In this document: piece by piece, positions 1-10,684 of the stretch | Layout: each line of letters begins with the position of its first letter | Position numbering within the stretch: the stretch's first letter is position 1 | Source: Ignavibacteriales bacterium | GTDB taxonomy: Bacteria > Bacteroidota > Ignavibacteria > UBA10030 | DNA: 64,000 nt | Reading direction: 5' to 3' | Assembly (NCBI GenBank): GCA_016193365.1 | Contig: JACPSI010000042.1 | Span: 25,126-89,125 of the forward strand | Notes under the pieces: generated by a model | What the model was told of the DNA's origin: nothing | The model's input: the letters and a program-made list of their open reading frames with translations, nothing else | The model's database searches: none | Position numbers and translations under genes: made by a program

Positions 1-749
1 TTCACTTTTGCTCTGAGAGGCCCGGCCAGACCATAGTATTCCCGAAGCTCGGCGTCGATCGACCCTACCACAACTTTGGTACTCACCTTCACGGGGATCT
101 TTCGCTCATCGTTCGTCATCCAAATCAGTATCCGGCCCTCGCTTTTGAACAAGCCGCCTTCTTTGATCAAGGGCTCTACAATGATGCAGTCAAAAGTTCC
201 GGCACCGACTTCTATCTGTTGATGACCGAGGAATTTGATCGCCAGTTGGTAGGTGGAATCTTTGTAGAAGTTTTGCAAATAGACTTTATGGCCGGGGCGC
301 GCTTCGGAAAAGTCGAGAGCCCTCGCATAGTAAAAGGCCGAAACGACATCATGGACATACTGCGGGATGGGATGCTCACCCTCGGAAGTTTTCGCGACGA
401 GCCTGATGTGGTCGAACTCCGCGCTGAAATCCCTGCTGTATTTTCCTTCGCGAATCCGCTGAGTAAACCTCCACGGAAAAATCCCCTTCGTGTCCAGCAT
501 CGTCTCGTAACGGTCCTCGACCTTGTAAATCCATGAAAACGAGGGCGTTGAATTCACTGTGAAGAGAACCTGATAGCATTCACGGCCATTGAGGGTGTCG
601 AGCTTTGGTATGGCGAACACAGCCTCCCCCGCTGTAATAAAACTGTATCCCACGTCGAACACAAGCCTCTCGCCAACCGCAAAGGCTGATTGCGGCATGA
701 CGCGGAGCGTGTCCAGAGATGACGGTTCATTTGCAATAGTTGATTTCAT
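1..749 (-). CDS. DUF3108-like protein, partial (3' end lies beyond the window start)
   Basis: Manual minus-strand translation from ATG at 749 is open to position 1 (MKSTIANEPSSLDTLRVMPQSAFAVGERLVFDVGYSFITAGEAVFAIPKLD...VKVSTKVVVGSIDAELREY) and looks DUF3108-like. It is absent from the ORF track only because its stop lies outside the window. It sits 81 nt downstream of the heptosyltransferase on the same strand. Confidence 0.6.
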   Translation of the reverse strand, partial: MKSTIANEPSSLDTLRVMPQSAFAVGERLVFDVGYSFITAGEAVFAIPKLDTLNGRECYQVLFTVNSTPSFSWIYKVEDRYETMLDTKGIFPWRFTQRIREGKYSRDFSAEFDHIRLVAKTSEGEHPIPQYVHDVVSAFYYARALDFSEARPGHKVYLQNFYKDSTYQLAIKFLGHQQIEVGAGTFDCIIVEPLIKEGGLFKSEGRILIWMTNDERKIPVKVSTKVVVGSIDAELREYYGLAGPLRAKV

Positions 750-829
750 CCCGCGGACCCCGGCCGAATCCTGGGCTTTCACACTACTGCTCCACATGAA
801 AGCTATGACAAGATATGGGATGTATCCGC

Positions 830-1810
830 TCAAGTTTCAATACTCACTGATTTCGGGGTACTGATAAGTTCGCGCACAGCCTCTACCACATTGTCCACCG
901 CAATTTGTTCCATGCAGATGTTCGAGCGACAATCGCCCCCCTGACACAACGGACACTTTGACCTGTCCGGAACAAAGATTTTCTTTTGCTCGGAAAGCGG
1001 ACCCCAGCGTTTTACGCTGCATGCCGGAATATCAGGATAAAAACCGATAACAGGAGTTCCGACTGCTGCCGCAATGTGGAGCGGGCCTGTGGAATTAGCC
1101 ACGAAAAGCCCCGCAAAGCTGATAAATGCCGCAAGTTCTCTAAGTTGAAAACGGCCTACAACAGGAACGCCCTTACCTTCTGAATGGTTTACTACCTGCT
1201 GAACGATCTCATTTTCGCCCGGCCCGCCAGTAATGACAACTTTGTATCCGTCATCGTGTAAAGCTTTTGCCAGCCGTCCAAAGTTTTCCGGGCTCCAATC
1301 TCTTGCAGATCCGCCGCTTCCGGGATGGAGTATAACCCACGGCTCACCGCGCTGGATGCCACTCTCATGCATCACTGTCAAAGCGGCGAGCCGATCCTCC
1401 TCCAAAACCTTGAGGCGAGGATTGGCAGACCGTCCGTTTTCAAGCCCAAGACCACGGAGGAGTCCTACGTTGTATTCGCTCTCGTGGCGTTCACCGGTTT
1501 TACGATGTTCAAAGACTTTTCGGTTGAAAAGAAAAGAGTACCAACGGTAGCCCGTACCCACGCGGACCGGGATTCCGGCAATTAAGAGCAACAACGCAAT
1601 CCGAAATCTTGGAAATGCCACGATGGCGAGGTCGTAGCGGCCGCGTTTCAATTCATGCAACATTTCGAGAAACGATTTCGGCTTTCCCGCATGGTCGTAC
1701 GTAAGGACTTCCGAGAGACCTTCGTACCCTGACGCGATATCCTTCGTGTAATTCCGTAGAAGCATGGAGACGCTCGCCCGGGGAAACGCTGATCGTAAAA
1801 GAGGAACCAT
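830..1810 (-). CDS. ADP-heptose:LPS heptosyltransferase (glycosyltransferase family 9)
   Basis: 326 aa. GT9 hallmarks are the VILHPGSGGSARDWSPENF...GYKVVITGGPGE...NSTGPLHIAAAVGTPVIGFY nucleotide-sugar binding region. Confidence 0.85.
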   Translation of the reverse strand: MVPLLRSAFPRASVSMLLRNYTKDIASGYEGLSEVLTYDHAGKPKSFLEMLHELKRGRYDLAIVAFPRFRIALLLLIAGIPVRVGTGYRWYSFLFNRKVFEHRKTGERHESEYNVGLLRGLGLENGRSANPRLKVLEEDRLAALTVMHESGIQRGEPWVILHPGSGGSARDWSPENFGRLAKALHDDGYKVVITGGPGENEIVQQVVNHSEGKGVPVVGRFQLRELAAFISFAGLFVANSTGPLHIAAAVGTPVIGFYPDIPACSVKRWGPLSEQKKIFVPDRSKCPLCQGGDCRSNICMEQIAVDNVVEAVRELISTPKSVSIET

Positions 1811-1966
1811 CGGCAGGGAGAAAAGGACGTCACCGATGCGGTCGGTGCGGACGATAAGGATATTCTGAAATTGTTCCGTTCTTGCACCCTTAAGAAGACC
1901 AATTCGGGGAGAAATATAGTTGAAGATGGATTGACTTGCAAGGAAAGGAAAAAAGTGGCGAATTGT

Positions 1967-3136
1967 CTAGGAGACAAAAACTTTTGCCACATCCAGCAGC
2001 ATGGAGGGACGATTCCAGAGAGCCGCGCGAAAAATACCGCCGAGCGTTTGTTTATCCTCAGGAAGTTTTCGCGCGCTCTCAGCAATGCTGTTGTACGTCT
2101 CGTCGGAAAAACTGGTGATTGCATCCCTGATTTTGTAGAACACCTCATGCCTCCATCCAAGACGTTTGTGCCACCGCTTCTCGTATTCCGGGAGATACGA
2201 AAGGTCGTTCATCCTCACAGCCTCCGCCGCCACCTGGCCCGCGATCATTCCTCCAATCATCCCGCTGATGATGCCGGCCCCGGAGGTCGGGTTGACCTGG
2301 CGTGCAGCATCGCCCACAAGCATCACATTGTTTTTGACAACCGTGTCGGTCGTCTTTGCGCACGGTACGCCGCCGGCGATGCGAGTGAGTACGGCCGCAT
2401 CTGGAAATTTTTCCTGGATGAATTCTTCAAGATACCTGAGGGCGGATTTCTTTTTTGCGTCTTCGGCACAAATGCCAATGCCCACATTCGCAGTGTCCTT
2501 GCCCTTGGGAAACACCCACAAATAACCTCCCGGCGCCACATCGCCGCCGAAATAGAAATCGAGTGTATCGTCTTCGACCTCAATGCCGGAAAGCGTCATC
2601 TGCGCGCAGCTTTCCATATCCTTGATATGGCAGGTGGTGTCCATCCCGGCCCATTTTCCCACGCGGCTCTCCACACCATCGGCGGCAATAACGACTTTCG
2701 ACCGTATCTCCGTCTCCCGGTCTTTCAGAAGGGCTTTCACGCCCACCGCTTCGCCTTTTTCGTTCTTGAGAATGTCGTACACATAGGCTTTTGTGACAAC
2801 TTCCGCGCCTTCCTTTGCCGCGACTTTTGCAAGCTCGTAGTCAAAAATCCTTCGTTCAAGCACGTATCCTTTGCCGTCAAGCTGTGGAATGACGGATTTC
2901 CCATTCGGAGGCACAAGACGAAATCTCGTGATCGTAGAACCGATGAATTTTGAATCGGGCTCAATAAACTGGACGAGACCTTCGTGACTGACGGCTTCGC
3001 CGCACCGCACGGGATAACCGACATCACGATCCTTTTCGAGCATCAGGACGGATGCCCCCCCGGAGGAGGCATACCTTGCGGCCGTCGACCCAGCGGGCCC
3101 GGCGCCAACAATAATAATATCGTAAGATTCTTTCAC
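1967..3136 (-). CDS. Geranylgeranyl reductase family FAD-dependent oxidoreductase
   Basis: 389 aa. N-terminal DIIIVGAGPAGSTAARYAS FAD-binding motif, the VRCGEAV motif and overall ChlP/BchP-like architecture. Confidence 0.85.
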   Translation of the reverse strand: MKESYDIIIVGAGPAGSTAARYASSGGASVLMLEKDRDVGYPVRCGEAVSHEGLVQFIEPDSKFIGSTITRFRLVPPNGKSVIPQLDGKGYVLERRIFDYELAKVAAKEGAEVVTKAYVYDILKNEKGEAVGVKALLKDRETEIRSKVVIAADGVESRVGKWAGMDTTCHIKDMESCAQMTLSGIEVEDDTLDFYFGGDVAPGGYLWVFPKGKDTANVGIGICAEDAKKKSALRYLEEFIQEKFPDAAVLTRIAGGVPCAKTTDTVVKNNVMLVGDAARQVNPTSGAGIISGMIGGMIAGQVAAEAVRMNDLSYLPEYEKRWHKRLGWRHEVFYKIRDAITSFSDETYNSIAESARKLPEDKQTLGGIFRAALWNRPSMLLDVAKVFVS

Positions 3137-3187
3137 GGGCGGCGCTCGGTCTGGGGAGATGTTGCGCGGTTCACTTATGACAGGGTT

Positions 3188-3439
3188 TTATTCTGACCCG
3201 TTATTCAGGTATAACGGTTGCTCTTTGGGCAGTTCTGCCACACCCTCCCGATGGAATTCAATGACCTCCCAGGGGCACGCCCAGACGCATTTTTTGCAGT
3301 TTGTGCACCGTTCGTCGATGATGGCGATTCTTGATTCCATCAGTTCGATGGCATCTTCGGGACATACGCCAACGCAACAGCCGCAGAAGTCGCACTTCCC
3401 GGGAACGATGTGAATCATCAATGGAGTGCTGCGAGGCAT
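3188..3439 (-). CDS. 2x[4Fe-4S] ferredoxin
   Basis: 83 aa with two CxxCxxCxxxCP clusters (CDFCGCCVGVCP and CTNCKKCVWACP). It lies immediately upstream of, and co-oriented with, the GGR gene. Confidence 0.85.
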   Translation of the reverse strand: MPRSTPLMIHIVPGKCDFCGCCVGVCPEDAIELMESRIAIIDERCTNCKKCVWACPWEVIEFHREGVAELPKEQPLYLNNGSE

Positions 3440-3495
3440 GGTATGAAAATAAGGTAGAGAGAGAAGGGAAGAAAAGCAATCTCGTCGCAGCAGAC

Positions 3496-3610
3496 CTTCC
3501 GAAGGAATTCAGGTGAATTCGTGTCCTTCGGAAGGTTAACATTGCCAAAACTTCGAGTTGACGAGAGAACCTTCCGAGGGTCCTCTCATGGCGTTGAAAC
3601 CTTCGGAAGG
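3496..3610. repeat. Array of four 11-bp near-palindromes CCTTCSGAAGG between dnaG and the ferredoxin gene
   Basis: ccttccgaagg 3496-3506, ccttcggaagg 3525-3535, ccttccgaggg 3570-3580, ccttcggaagg 3600-3610. Orientation alternates, and the last unit abuts the dnaG stop codon. Confidence 0.5.
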
Positions 3611-3613
3611 TCT

Positions 3614-5461
3614 TTAGACCTTTTCCGTCTCTTTCATGAGTTTCATCAACTCCTGATGCCGGACGACGAACGGCATTTTGTCCGAGCCGCGTTGGGTCGC
3701 CTCTTTCAACATGCGCTGGTTTTCCTCAATTTGTTTTTGAATTGCACGCTTTTTTAGCAACGCAAGGGCATCCCTCGCGATCTGTTTGGGATCCGGTTCG
3801 TCGATTTCCTTGTTCACCCATCCTTTGCTCAACTCATACTTGCTCAATGATATGTCCGTAATGATTGCCTTTAATTCCTGATCGTCCATTTCATTCAAAA
3901 GAGAAACTGCATTGATTTCACCCAATTCACGCCAGTGGGAAAACAAATACTCCGTCAGCTTTCGAGCCCGTTCATCCGCAAACTGTTCGATCGTAACATT
4001 TTTCGAAATGAAATCGATTATTTCGCTTTGGCCCTCGAGCAACAGTTTCACGAGGTCACGTTCGGCTGAAGGCATATCGGATGTTTTGGGGACTGTGATG
4101 TCGGACAAGGTGACATCATAAACAGGAACTCGCTGAGACCCCGTTGCCTCTCTGCGTACAGGCTTGTCTTTCGAAATCCACCTCTCAAGCTCCCGGTACA
4201 GGATTGACTCGTAAATCTCGTATTTTTCGGCAACTTCTTTGATGTAGAAGTTGCGTTTGAGCTCGTCCCTCATTTTGGCAATCGATTGCACAATCGAGCG
4301 AACTGCTTCGGACTTTCGTTCCGGGGACAAAAACGCCCCCGTTTTCTGATACTGCCGTGCTTTGAAATCGATGAAGGACGTTGCCTGTTCAGCCAACTTC
4401 TGAAATTCCTTCCCGCCGTTTTTCCTAACAAACAAATCGGGGTCGTCGCCTTCGGGCAGTTCCACGACTCTCACGTCGAAATCCTGCTCAAGGGCAAGGT
4501 CCACTCCTCTCAACGTTGCACTCGACCCGGCTGAGTCGGCATCGTACACCAACGTCAACTTCCTGGAATATCGGGCGAGGAGCAGAAGTTGCTCTTCCGT
4601 TAATGCCGTTCCGCTAGATGCAACGACATTTTGAACTCCTGCCTGATACAACGAGATCAGGTCGGCATAGCCTTCGACCATCAATGCGTTGTCTTCTCCT
4701 CGGATCGCATCTTTGGAGTGGAAGAGTCCAAAGAGCACGCGGCTTTTGTTGTACATGGGCGTTTCCGGGGAATTGATGTATTTCCCGAGCGTATCATCCT
4801 CACGGATTTTGCGCGCGCCAAAAGCAATGACACGTCCCGTCGTGGCAAAAATGGGAAACATTGCCCGTCCGCGGAAGTAATCGTAATGGGTGCCATCTTC
4901 CCGGGTTCGCACAAGTCCTGCTTTCAAAAGATGTTCGAGCTTGAGGCCTTCCTCCAAAGCTTTTTTCAGAAAATTGTCCCACCGATGCAGCGAATACCCA
5001 AGGCCGAAAGCACGAATCGTGTCGTCCGTGAACCCTCTGGAATGAAAGTACTCCAGCGCCGACCTGCCCTCATCGGTTTTTGTGAGGTTGTTATGAAAAT
5101 GAAGGCCGGCGAACCTGCAGGCGTTGTAGAGCGCCTCGGTCTCCGTTTGTTGCTCAACCGAGATGTCTGCCGTCGGAAGCGCGATTCCCGCTCTCTCTGC
5201 CAGAGAACGGACAGCCTCAATGAACGAGACCTTTTCATATTCCATAACAAACGTAAACACGTTTCCGCCTTTGTGGCAGCCGAAACAATGATACATTTGC
5301 TTCTCCGGGCTTACGGTGAAGGAAGGTGTTTTTTCCTGGTGAAAAGGGCATAATCCAAGGAAATTCTTTCCCCTTTTCTTCAGGCGGACATGCGACGCAA
5401 TAATGTCAACAATATCCGAAGCCGAGCGCACTTCATCGATTTTGAAATCGGGAATTCTCAT
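3614..5461 (-). CDS. dnaG: DNA primase DnaG
   Basis: CHC2 zinc finger (LCPFHQEKTPSFTVSPEKQMYHCFGCHKGGNVFTF), then TOPRIM and C-terminal helical domains. I chose the internal ATG at 5461 (MRIPDFKIDEVRSASDIVDII...). The longest ORF start at 5680 adds a low-complexity, basic 73-aa extension that overlaps the upstream slt gene and a terminator hairpin. Confidence 0.88.
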   Translation of the reverse strand: MRIPDFKIDEVRSASDIVDIIASHVRLKKRGKNFLGLCPFHQEKTPSFTVSPEKQMYHCFGCHKGGNVFTFVMEYEKVSFIEAVRSLAERAGIALPTADISVEQQTETEALYNACRFAGLHFHNNLTKTDEGRSALEYFHSRGFTDDTIRAFGLGYSLHRWDNFLKKALEEGLKLEHLLKAGLVRTREDGTHYDYFRGRAMFPIFATTGRVIAFGARKIREDDTLGKYINSPETPMYNKSRVLFGLFHSKDAIRGEDNALMVEGYADLISLYQAGVQNVVASSGTALTEEQLLLLARYSRKLTLVYDADSAGSSATLRGVDLALEQDFDVRVVELPEGDDPDLFVRKNGGKEFQKLAEQATSFIDFKARQYQKTGAFLSPERKSEAVRSIVQSIAKMRDELKRNFYIKEVAEKYEIYESILYRELERWISKDKPVRREATGSQRVPVYDVTLSDITVPKTSDMPSAERDLVKLLLEGQSEIIDFISKNVTIEQFADERARKLTEYLFSHWRELGEINAVSLLNEMDDQELKAIITDISLSKYELSKGWVNKEIDEPDPKQIARDALALLKKRAIQKQIEENQRMLKEATQRGSDKMPFVVRHQELMKLMKETEKV

Positions 5462-5490
5462 TCGTGACCGAATGTAGCTAAAGAAAAGAC

Positions 5491-5525
5491 AACAAAAAAG
5501 CCCCTCCTGGGTTGGTCGGAGGGGC
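5491..5525 (-). terminator. Rho-independent terminator downstream of slt
   Basis: gcccctcc-N10-ggaggggc hairpin at 5500-5525, followed on the minus strand by a U-tract (plus-strand A6 at 5494-5499). It sits between the slt stop (5559) and the dnaG start (5461). Confidence 0.55.
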
Positions 5526-5558
5526 CGTGGCGTGTTTGGCGGTTGGGTATCGCGGGAT

Positions 5559-6395
5559 TTAATCGGAGACTTGTCCTCCCTGGCGTACGGCCGCGAGAAA
5601 TCCTCTCTTTGTTCTTTCCTGCTCTTTCGTTTCCGGAACAATCGCGTTTGTGTACGCCATGGTGCCGACGGAGTTTTCATAATATCTCATGATCCTGTCC
5701 ACATAACGAACGGTCTCCTTCCATCCCTCAAAGTAACCGTTCGGCGGCCGGTCTTGTTGCCAGAGGCCCTGGTGAAGCGTGTGGTATCTTCTGGAAAGCA
5801 ACGGCAGGGCATCGCGAACAGAATCCCAGCGACTCGGGTTGTGGCCAAGATACGCGGCAATCTGTCGAGCGTCGAGGACGCGGGAAATGCCGCCATTGTA
5901 TGCCGCGAGGGCCAGGCGAATACGGTTGTCCCTGTCGGTTTCCCTGAAAATGTGATAGAGCGATCTCAGATGGAATATTCCTGCCCTCACATTATTGTCG
6001 GGAGTCCTTGTTTCCTTCACACCGAGCTGCCATTTCAGTGTCGACTCTGTCGTTGGCATGATTTGCATTAATCCGTAGGCGCCTTTGTTGCTGACCGCGT
6101 CAGATTTGAATCCCGATTCCTGTCGAATGACCGACATGATGAGAACCCAGTCGAAGTGGTATTGTCCTGAATATCTTTGGACGAGAGGGAGATAGTCAAG
6201 TTCTGCGTCCACAAGACTCGGGGTCTCTTCGGGGAATGAGGCAGCGGTAAACCCTGCCACAGAAAAATCATTCTGCAAATGTTTCTTCCGAAAAACCGAA
6301 AGGCTTGTCACCGGCTCGAAACATCCAGCATGCAGGATGCACACCAGGAGCATCGCATTTCTAACGGTGATTCGGTAACGTTTTTGTTTCAACAT
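5559..6395 (-). CDS. Lytic transglycosylase (SLT domain)
   Basis: 278 aa. SLT catalytic motif ESGFKSDAVSNKGAYGLMQIMP, and AYNGG. Confidence 0.85.
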   Translation of the reverse strand: MLKQKRYRITVRNAMLLVCILHAGCFEPVTSLSVFRKKHLQNDFSVAGFTAASFPEETPSLVDAELDYLPLVQRYSGQYHFDWVLIMSVIRQESGFKSDAVSNKGAYGLMQIMPTTESTLKWQLGVKETRTPDNNVRAGIFHLRSLYHIFRETDRDNRIRLALAAYNGGISRVLDARQIAAYLGHNPSRWDSVRDALPLLSRRYHTLHQGLWQQDRPPNGYFEGWKETVRYVDRIMRYYENSVGTMAYTNAIVPETKEQERTKRGFLAAVRQGGQVSD

Positions 6396-6435
6396 ATTCC
6401 AGGACAGTATTCACGTCTGCAGAAAGTTCGCGGTG

Positions 6436-6561
6436 TCATGTGCTCATCGTCCCCGGCTCTTCTTTTTGGCGCCGCGACTTGTCCTCCCGCGAATGGGTAA
6501 TGGCCTCGAGAATGAGGATAAATGCCGCAATTCCACCAACGAACAAAATGATGTCAGTCAT
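6436..6561 (-). CDS. Possible small membrane peptide (41 aa)
   Basis: Manual translation gives MTDIILFVGGIAAFILILEAITHSREDKSRRQKEEPGTMST. It is one hydrophobic helix plus a basic tail, starts 12 nt after the upstream gene stop and ends 41 nt before the slt start. It is below the ORF-track length cutoff and rests on sequence only. Confidence 0.25.
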   Translation of the reverse strand: MTDIILFVGGIAAFILILEAITHSREDKSRRQKEEPGTMST

Positions 6562-6572
6562 AGAACCACTTT

Positions 6573-7607
6573 TCAGTTATTGAAGATTTCGCTCTGATCC
6601 GGTTTCCGGGCCGCTTGAGTTGCGACCGTGAAATCTTGCGATCCTTGTCCTGTCCTCGAGAAACCCGGCGTCAAATGTTGATAATGGTGCATACGAGCAA
6701 GGTCGATGCGGATGCGTGTTTCATCACCCCAATCGCTCCAATACACATCTTTCACGGGGAGAACGCCCAGACTGTGAGACGCACGTTCAAGAATAGCTCT
6801 GGAAAAATTGACCGACGGGAGCGACCTGAAGACTTCTTCGGCCGCCTCTTCCTCTCGCGTCGTTCCTATGGACTTCCATATTTTTTGAAAGGAAGAAAAC
6901 ATCTCCGGCGTGCATTCTCTGAACAAGCGGACAAACATTTCCGCGGTACCTACGAGTGTCATGGTATTCCATAGGCATCCTTTTTCAAACAGGAATTGCG
7001 TCAGCTCGTGTGCTGGTTTTTCCCAGAACTTCTTGACGTGAAAGATATTCTTCCCCTTCACCTGTCCAACGCAATCCCCTCTCTCAATCCAGCCATAGCC
7101 GGGTTGCAGGCTCGCGGGCCTGACTCCAAGGGTGACGATAAGTCCCGGAGTCCTTGCCACAAATGTAAACGCTCCCGCGACATACTCCATAAACCTTCGT
7201 TCTTCCAGAATAAAATGGTCTGCAGGAAAAATCGCGATAATGGCCTTCGGATCAACGGAATGGATGCGGGCAAGCGGAAGCAAGATCCCGGGCGCAGTTT
7301 CGCAGTTCAGCGGCTGCAAAACAACGCTTTGCGGTTCCCGGTCAAACAAATCATCCTTGGCGAACGACAGATGACGACGGCCTATGACTGTCACAAGGCG
7401 CGATCGGGGAATTAATGATGACGCGCGGTCAATCGTGTGCCTCAACATCGAACGCTTTCCAAGGAGCGCACAGAATTGTTTGGGCTTGTCCAATCCAAAA
7501 TGTGTCCTGAGAAAATCCTGAACCCGCTTCCCATCTCCCCCAGCCAGGATAATTCCCCAATAACGGTCCGATTCCGGTCTTCTGTTGGAAAGATTGAATT
7601 GTGTCAT
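6573..7607 (-). CDS. Mannose-1-phosphate guanylyltransferase / sugar nucleotidyltransferase
   Basis: 344 aa. N-terminal GIILAGGDGKR nucleotidyltransferase motif, and a length typical of GDP-mannose pyrophosphorylase. Confidence 0.78.
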   Translation of the reverse strand: MTQFNLSNRRPESDRYWGIILAGGDGKRVQDFLRTHFGLDKPKQFCALLGKRSMLRHTIDRASSLIPRSRLVTVIGRRHLSFAKDDLFDREPQSVVLQPLNCETAPGILLPLARIHSVDPKAIIAIFPADHFILEERRFMEYVAGAFTFVARTPGLIVTLGVRPASLQPGYGWIERGDCVGQVKGKNIFHVKKFWEKPAHELTQFLFEKGCLWNTMTLVGTAEMFVRLFRECTPEMFSSFQKIWKSIGTTREEEAAEEVFRSLPSVNFSRAILERASHSLGVLPVKDVYWSDWGDETRIRIDLARMHHYQHLTPGFSRTGQGSQDFTVATQAARKPDQSEIFNN

Positions 7608-7828
7608 GATTGGGTCTCTGGAGAATTGACTTGTTATGAAAATCGGTTCCGCAAAGGATAGAAAAGCGAAGTTTGGTTTGCAATCATGGAAGGGATGTAA
7701 TTTTGCGATTACAAATCCTGTACGATGATTCTTACATGATTCGATGTAGGAAACTACTCTCGGCTAGCATGTGTGTAGGAATTCCTCATTTGGCCGGCGG
7801 TGGGCTGATGGGCAGCTAAAGAAGGGGC

Positions 7829-7868
7829 GATAAAACAAAAGCCCCTTCACATTGCATCGTGAAGGGGC
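7829..7868 (-). terminator. Intrinsic terminator downstream of groEL
   Basis: Hairpin gccccttcac-N8-gtgaaggggc (7841-7868) followed on the minus strand by uuuuguuuua (RC of 7829-7840). A third segment, gaaggggc at 7821-7828, could pair alternatively. Confidence 0.55.
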
Positions 7869-7880
7869 TTGAACTTCTGT

Positions 7881-7928
7881 AGAAGTCAGTCTTTTGTCCC
7901 CGCGCCATCCTCAAAAAGACTGACTTCT
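7881..7928 (-). other. Long stem-loop immediately 3' of groEL
   Basis: 14-bp perfect stem agaagtcagtcttt / aaagactgacttct with a 20-nt loop, 11 nt after the groEL stop. Confidence 0.4.
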
Positions 7929-7938
7929 TACGTAAAGC

Positions 7939-9591
<1,653 letters not shown>

Positions 9592-9882
9592 TTACTTGGG
9601 CATGATTGCAAAAATGTCGCTTTCGCGCATGATCAGCAGCTCGTCGCCGTCAAGCGTCACTTCAGTTCCGGAATACTTTCCGTAAAGTACTCTGTCGCCG
9701 TTCTTAACCTCCATCGGGATGCTCTTCCCATCCTCGGTGACTCGACCGGGACCAACTGCCACAACCTCTCCCCATACCGGTTTTTCTTTTGCCGTATCCG
9801 GCACGATGATTCCGCCTTTCGTGCGTTCCTCAGCCTCAGCGGGCTTTACTACAACACGATCGGCCAAAGGCTTGATCTTCAT
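9592..9882 (-). CDS. groES: Co-chaperonin GroES (Hsp10)
   Basis: 96 aa. [35 protein letters not shown]...; 19 nt upstream of groEL. Confidence 0.95.
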   Translation of the reverse strand: MKIKPLADRVVVKPAEAEERTKGGIIVPDTAKEKPVWGEVVAVGPGRVTEDGKSIPMEVKNGDRVLYGKYSGTEVTLDGDELLIMRESDIFAIMPK

Positions 9883-9938
9883 AAGACTGACCTCCTTTTA
9901 AGGTGTTTATTTTGAATGACTTGTGGGATACTGCGAAA

Positions 9939-9965
9939 TTAGCACTCTTTAATTCTGAGTGCTAA
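9939..9965 (-). promoter_or_regulatory. CIRCE operator (HrcA binding site) upstream of groES
   Basis: Exact consensus TTAGCACTC-N9-GAGTGCTAA (ttagcactctttaattctgagtgctaa), 57 nt upstream of the groES start. Confidence 0.85.
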
Positions 9966-9992
9966 TATAATGCAGAAAGACCGATTTGTCAA
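9965..9992 (-). promoter_or_regulatory. Putative sigma-70-type promoter of groESL
   Basis: Minus-strand read cTTGACAaatcggtctttctgcatTATATTagcactc: -35 TTGACA, 17-nt spacer, -10 TATATT directly abutting CIRCE. Inferred from sequence only. Confidence 0.45.
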
Positions 9993-10684
9993 GAGGGATT
10001 ACCTTCTACAAGGATAACGTACTCACCTCGTGTGGGCTTTGAGGAGAGTTCTTTCAGGACTGTAGAGGCCCTACCCCGGACGATTTCTTCGAATTTCTTC
10101 GTCAGTTCTCTAGAAACGACCACCTTTCGCTCTCCCCAACCTTCAAGGATTTCCCTTAGGGTTTTCAAGATTCTATGAGGAGATTCATAGAGAACTACAG
10201 TCCTTGTTTCTGCTTTTAGTGCTTCCAGTCTGGTTTTTCGACCTTTCTTCTGAGGGAGAAAACCTTCGAACACAAAGCTCTTTGTGTCCAACCCGCTCGA
10301 GATGAGCGCGCTAAGAAAAGCCGATGGACCTGGAATTGGAACGATTGGAATTTCTTTTTCTATCGCTTGTGTAACAATATGATATGCGGGGTCTGAGATT
10401 CCGGGCGTTCCTGCATCAGAAACGAGCGCGATAGATTGGCCGCTTAAGAGTTTCTCAATGAGCTGTGGAGTCCTGGCTTTCTCATTGTAGCTGAAATAGC
10501 TCAGCATCGGTTTTGAAACCTGGTAATGGTCAAGGAGGATCTTTGTTTTGCGTGTGTCTTCAGCGGCGATGAGGTCAACTAAGGAAAGAACCTTGATTGC
10601 GCGATGACTGATGTCTTCAAGGTTACCGATTGGCGTTGCGACGATGAAAAGAGTGCCTCGGCTAGATTCCCCAGTCCCGGACAT
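9989..10684 (-). CDS. rsmI: 16S rRNA (cytidine1402-2'-O)-methyltransferase RsmI
   Basis: 231 aa. GTLFIVATPIGNLEDISHRAIKVL...LIAAEDTR tetrapyrrole-methylase-like fold typical of RsmI. Confidence 0.88.
   Translation of the reverse strand: MSGTGESSRGTLFIVATPIGNLEDISHRAIKVLSLVDLIAAEDTRKTKILLDHYQVSKPMLSYFSYNEKARTPQLIEKLLSGQSIALVSDAGTPGISDPAYHIVTQAIEKEIPIVPIPGPSAFLSALISSGLDTKSFVFEGFLPQKKGRKTRLEALKAETRTVVLYESPHRILKTLREILEGWGERKVVVSRELTKKFEEIVRGRASTVLKELSSKPTRGEYVILVEGNPS

Noticed and set aside
3-536. Open plus-strand frame from the window start (listed in the track as 219..536, TTG start)
   Set aside because: The opposite strand over the same region (1-749) translates into a protein with clear DUF3108-like composition and conserved-looking blocks. 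The plus-strand product is low-complexity with no recognisable features.
1871-2953. 360-aa plus-strand ORF
   Set aside because: It is entirely antisense to the well-supported geranylgeranyl reductase gene. It is an Arg/His-rich mirror-frame artefact.
3614-5680. Longest-ORF start for dnaG at 5680
   Set aside because: The extra 73 aa are basic and low-complexity, and they overlap the slt gene end and its terminator hairpin. The conserved DnaG N-terminus begins at the internal ATG (5461).
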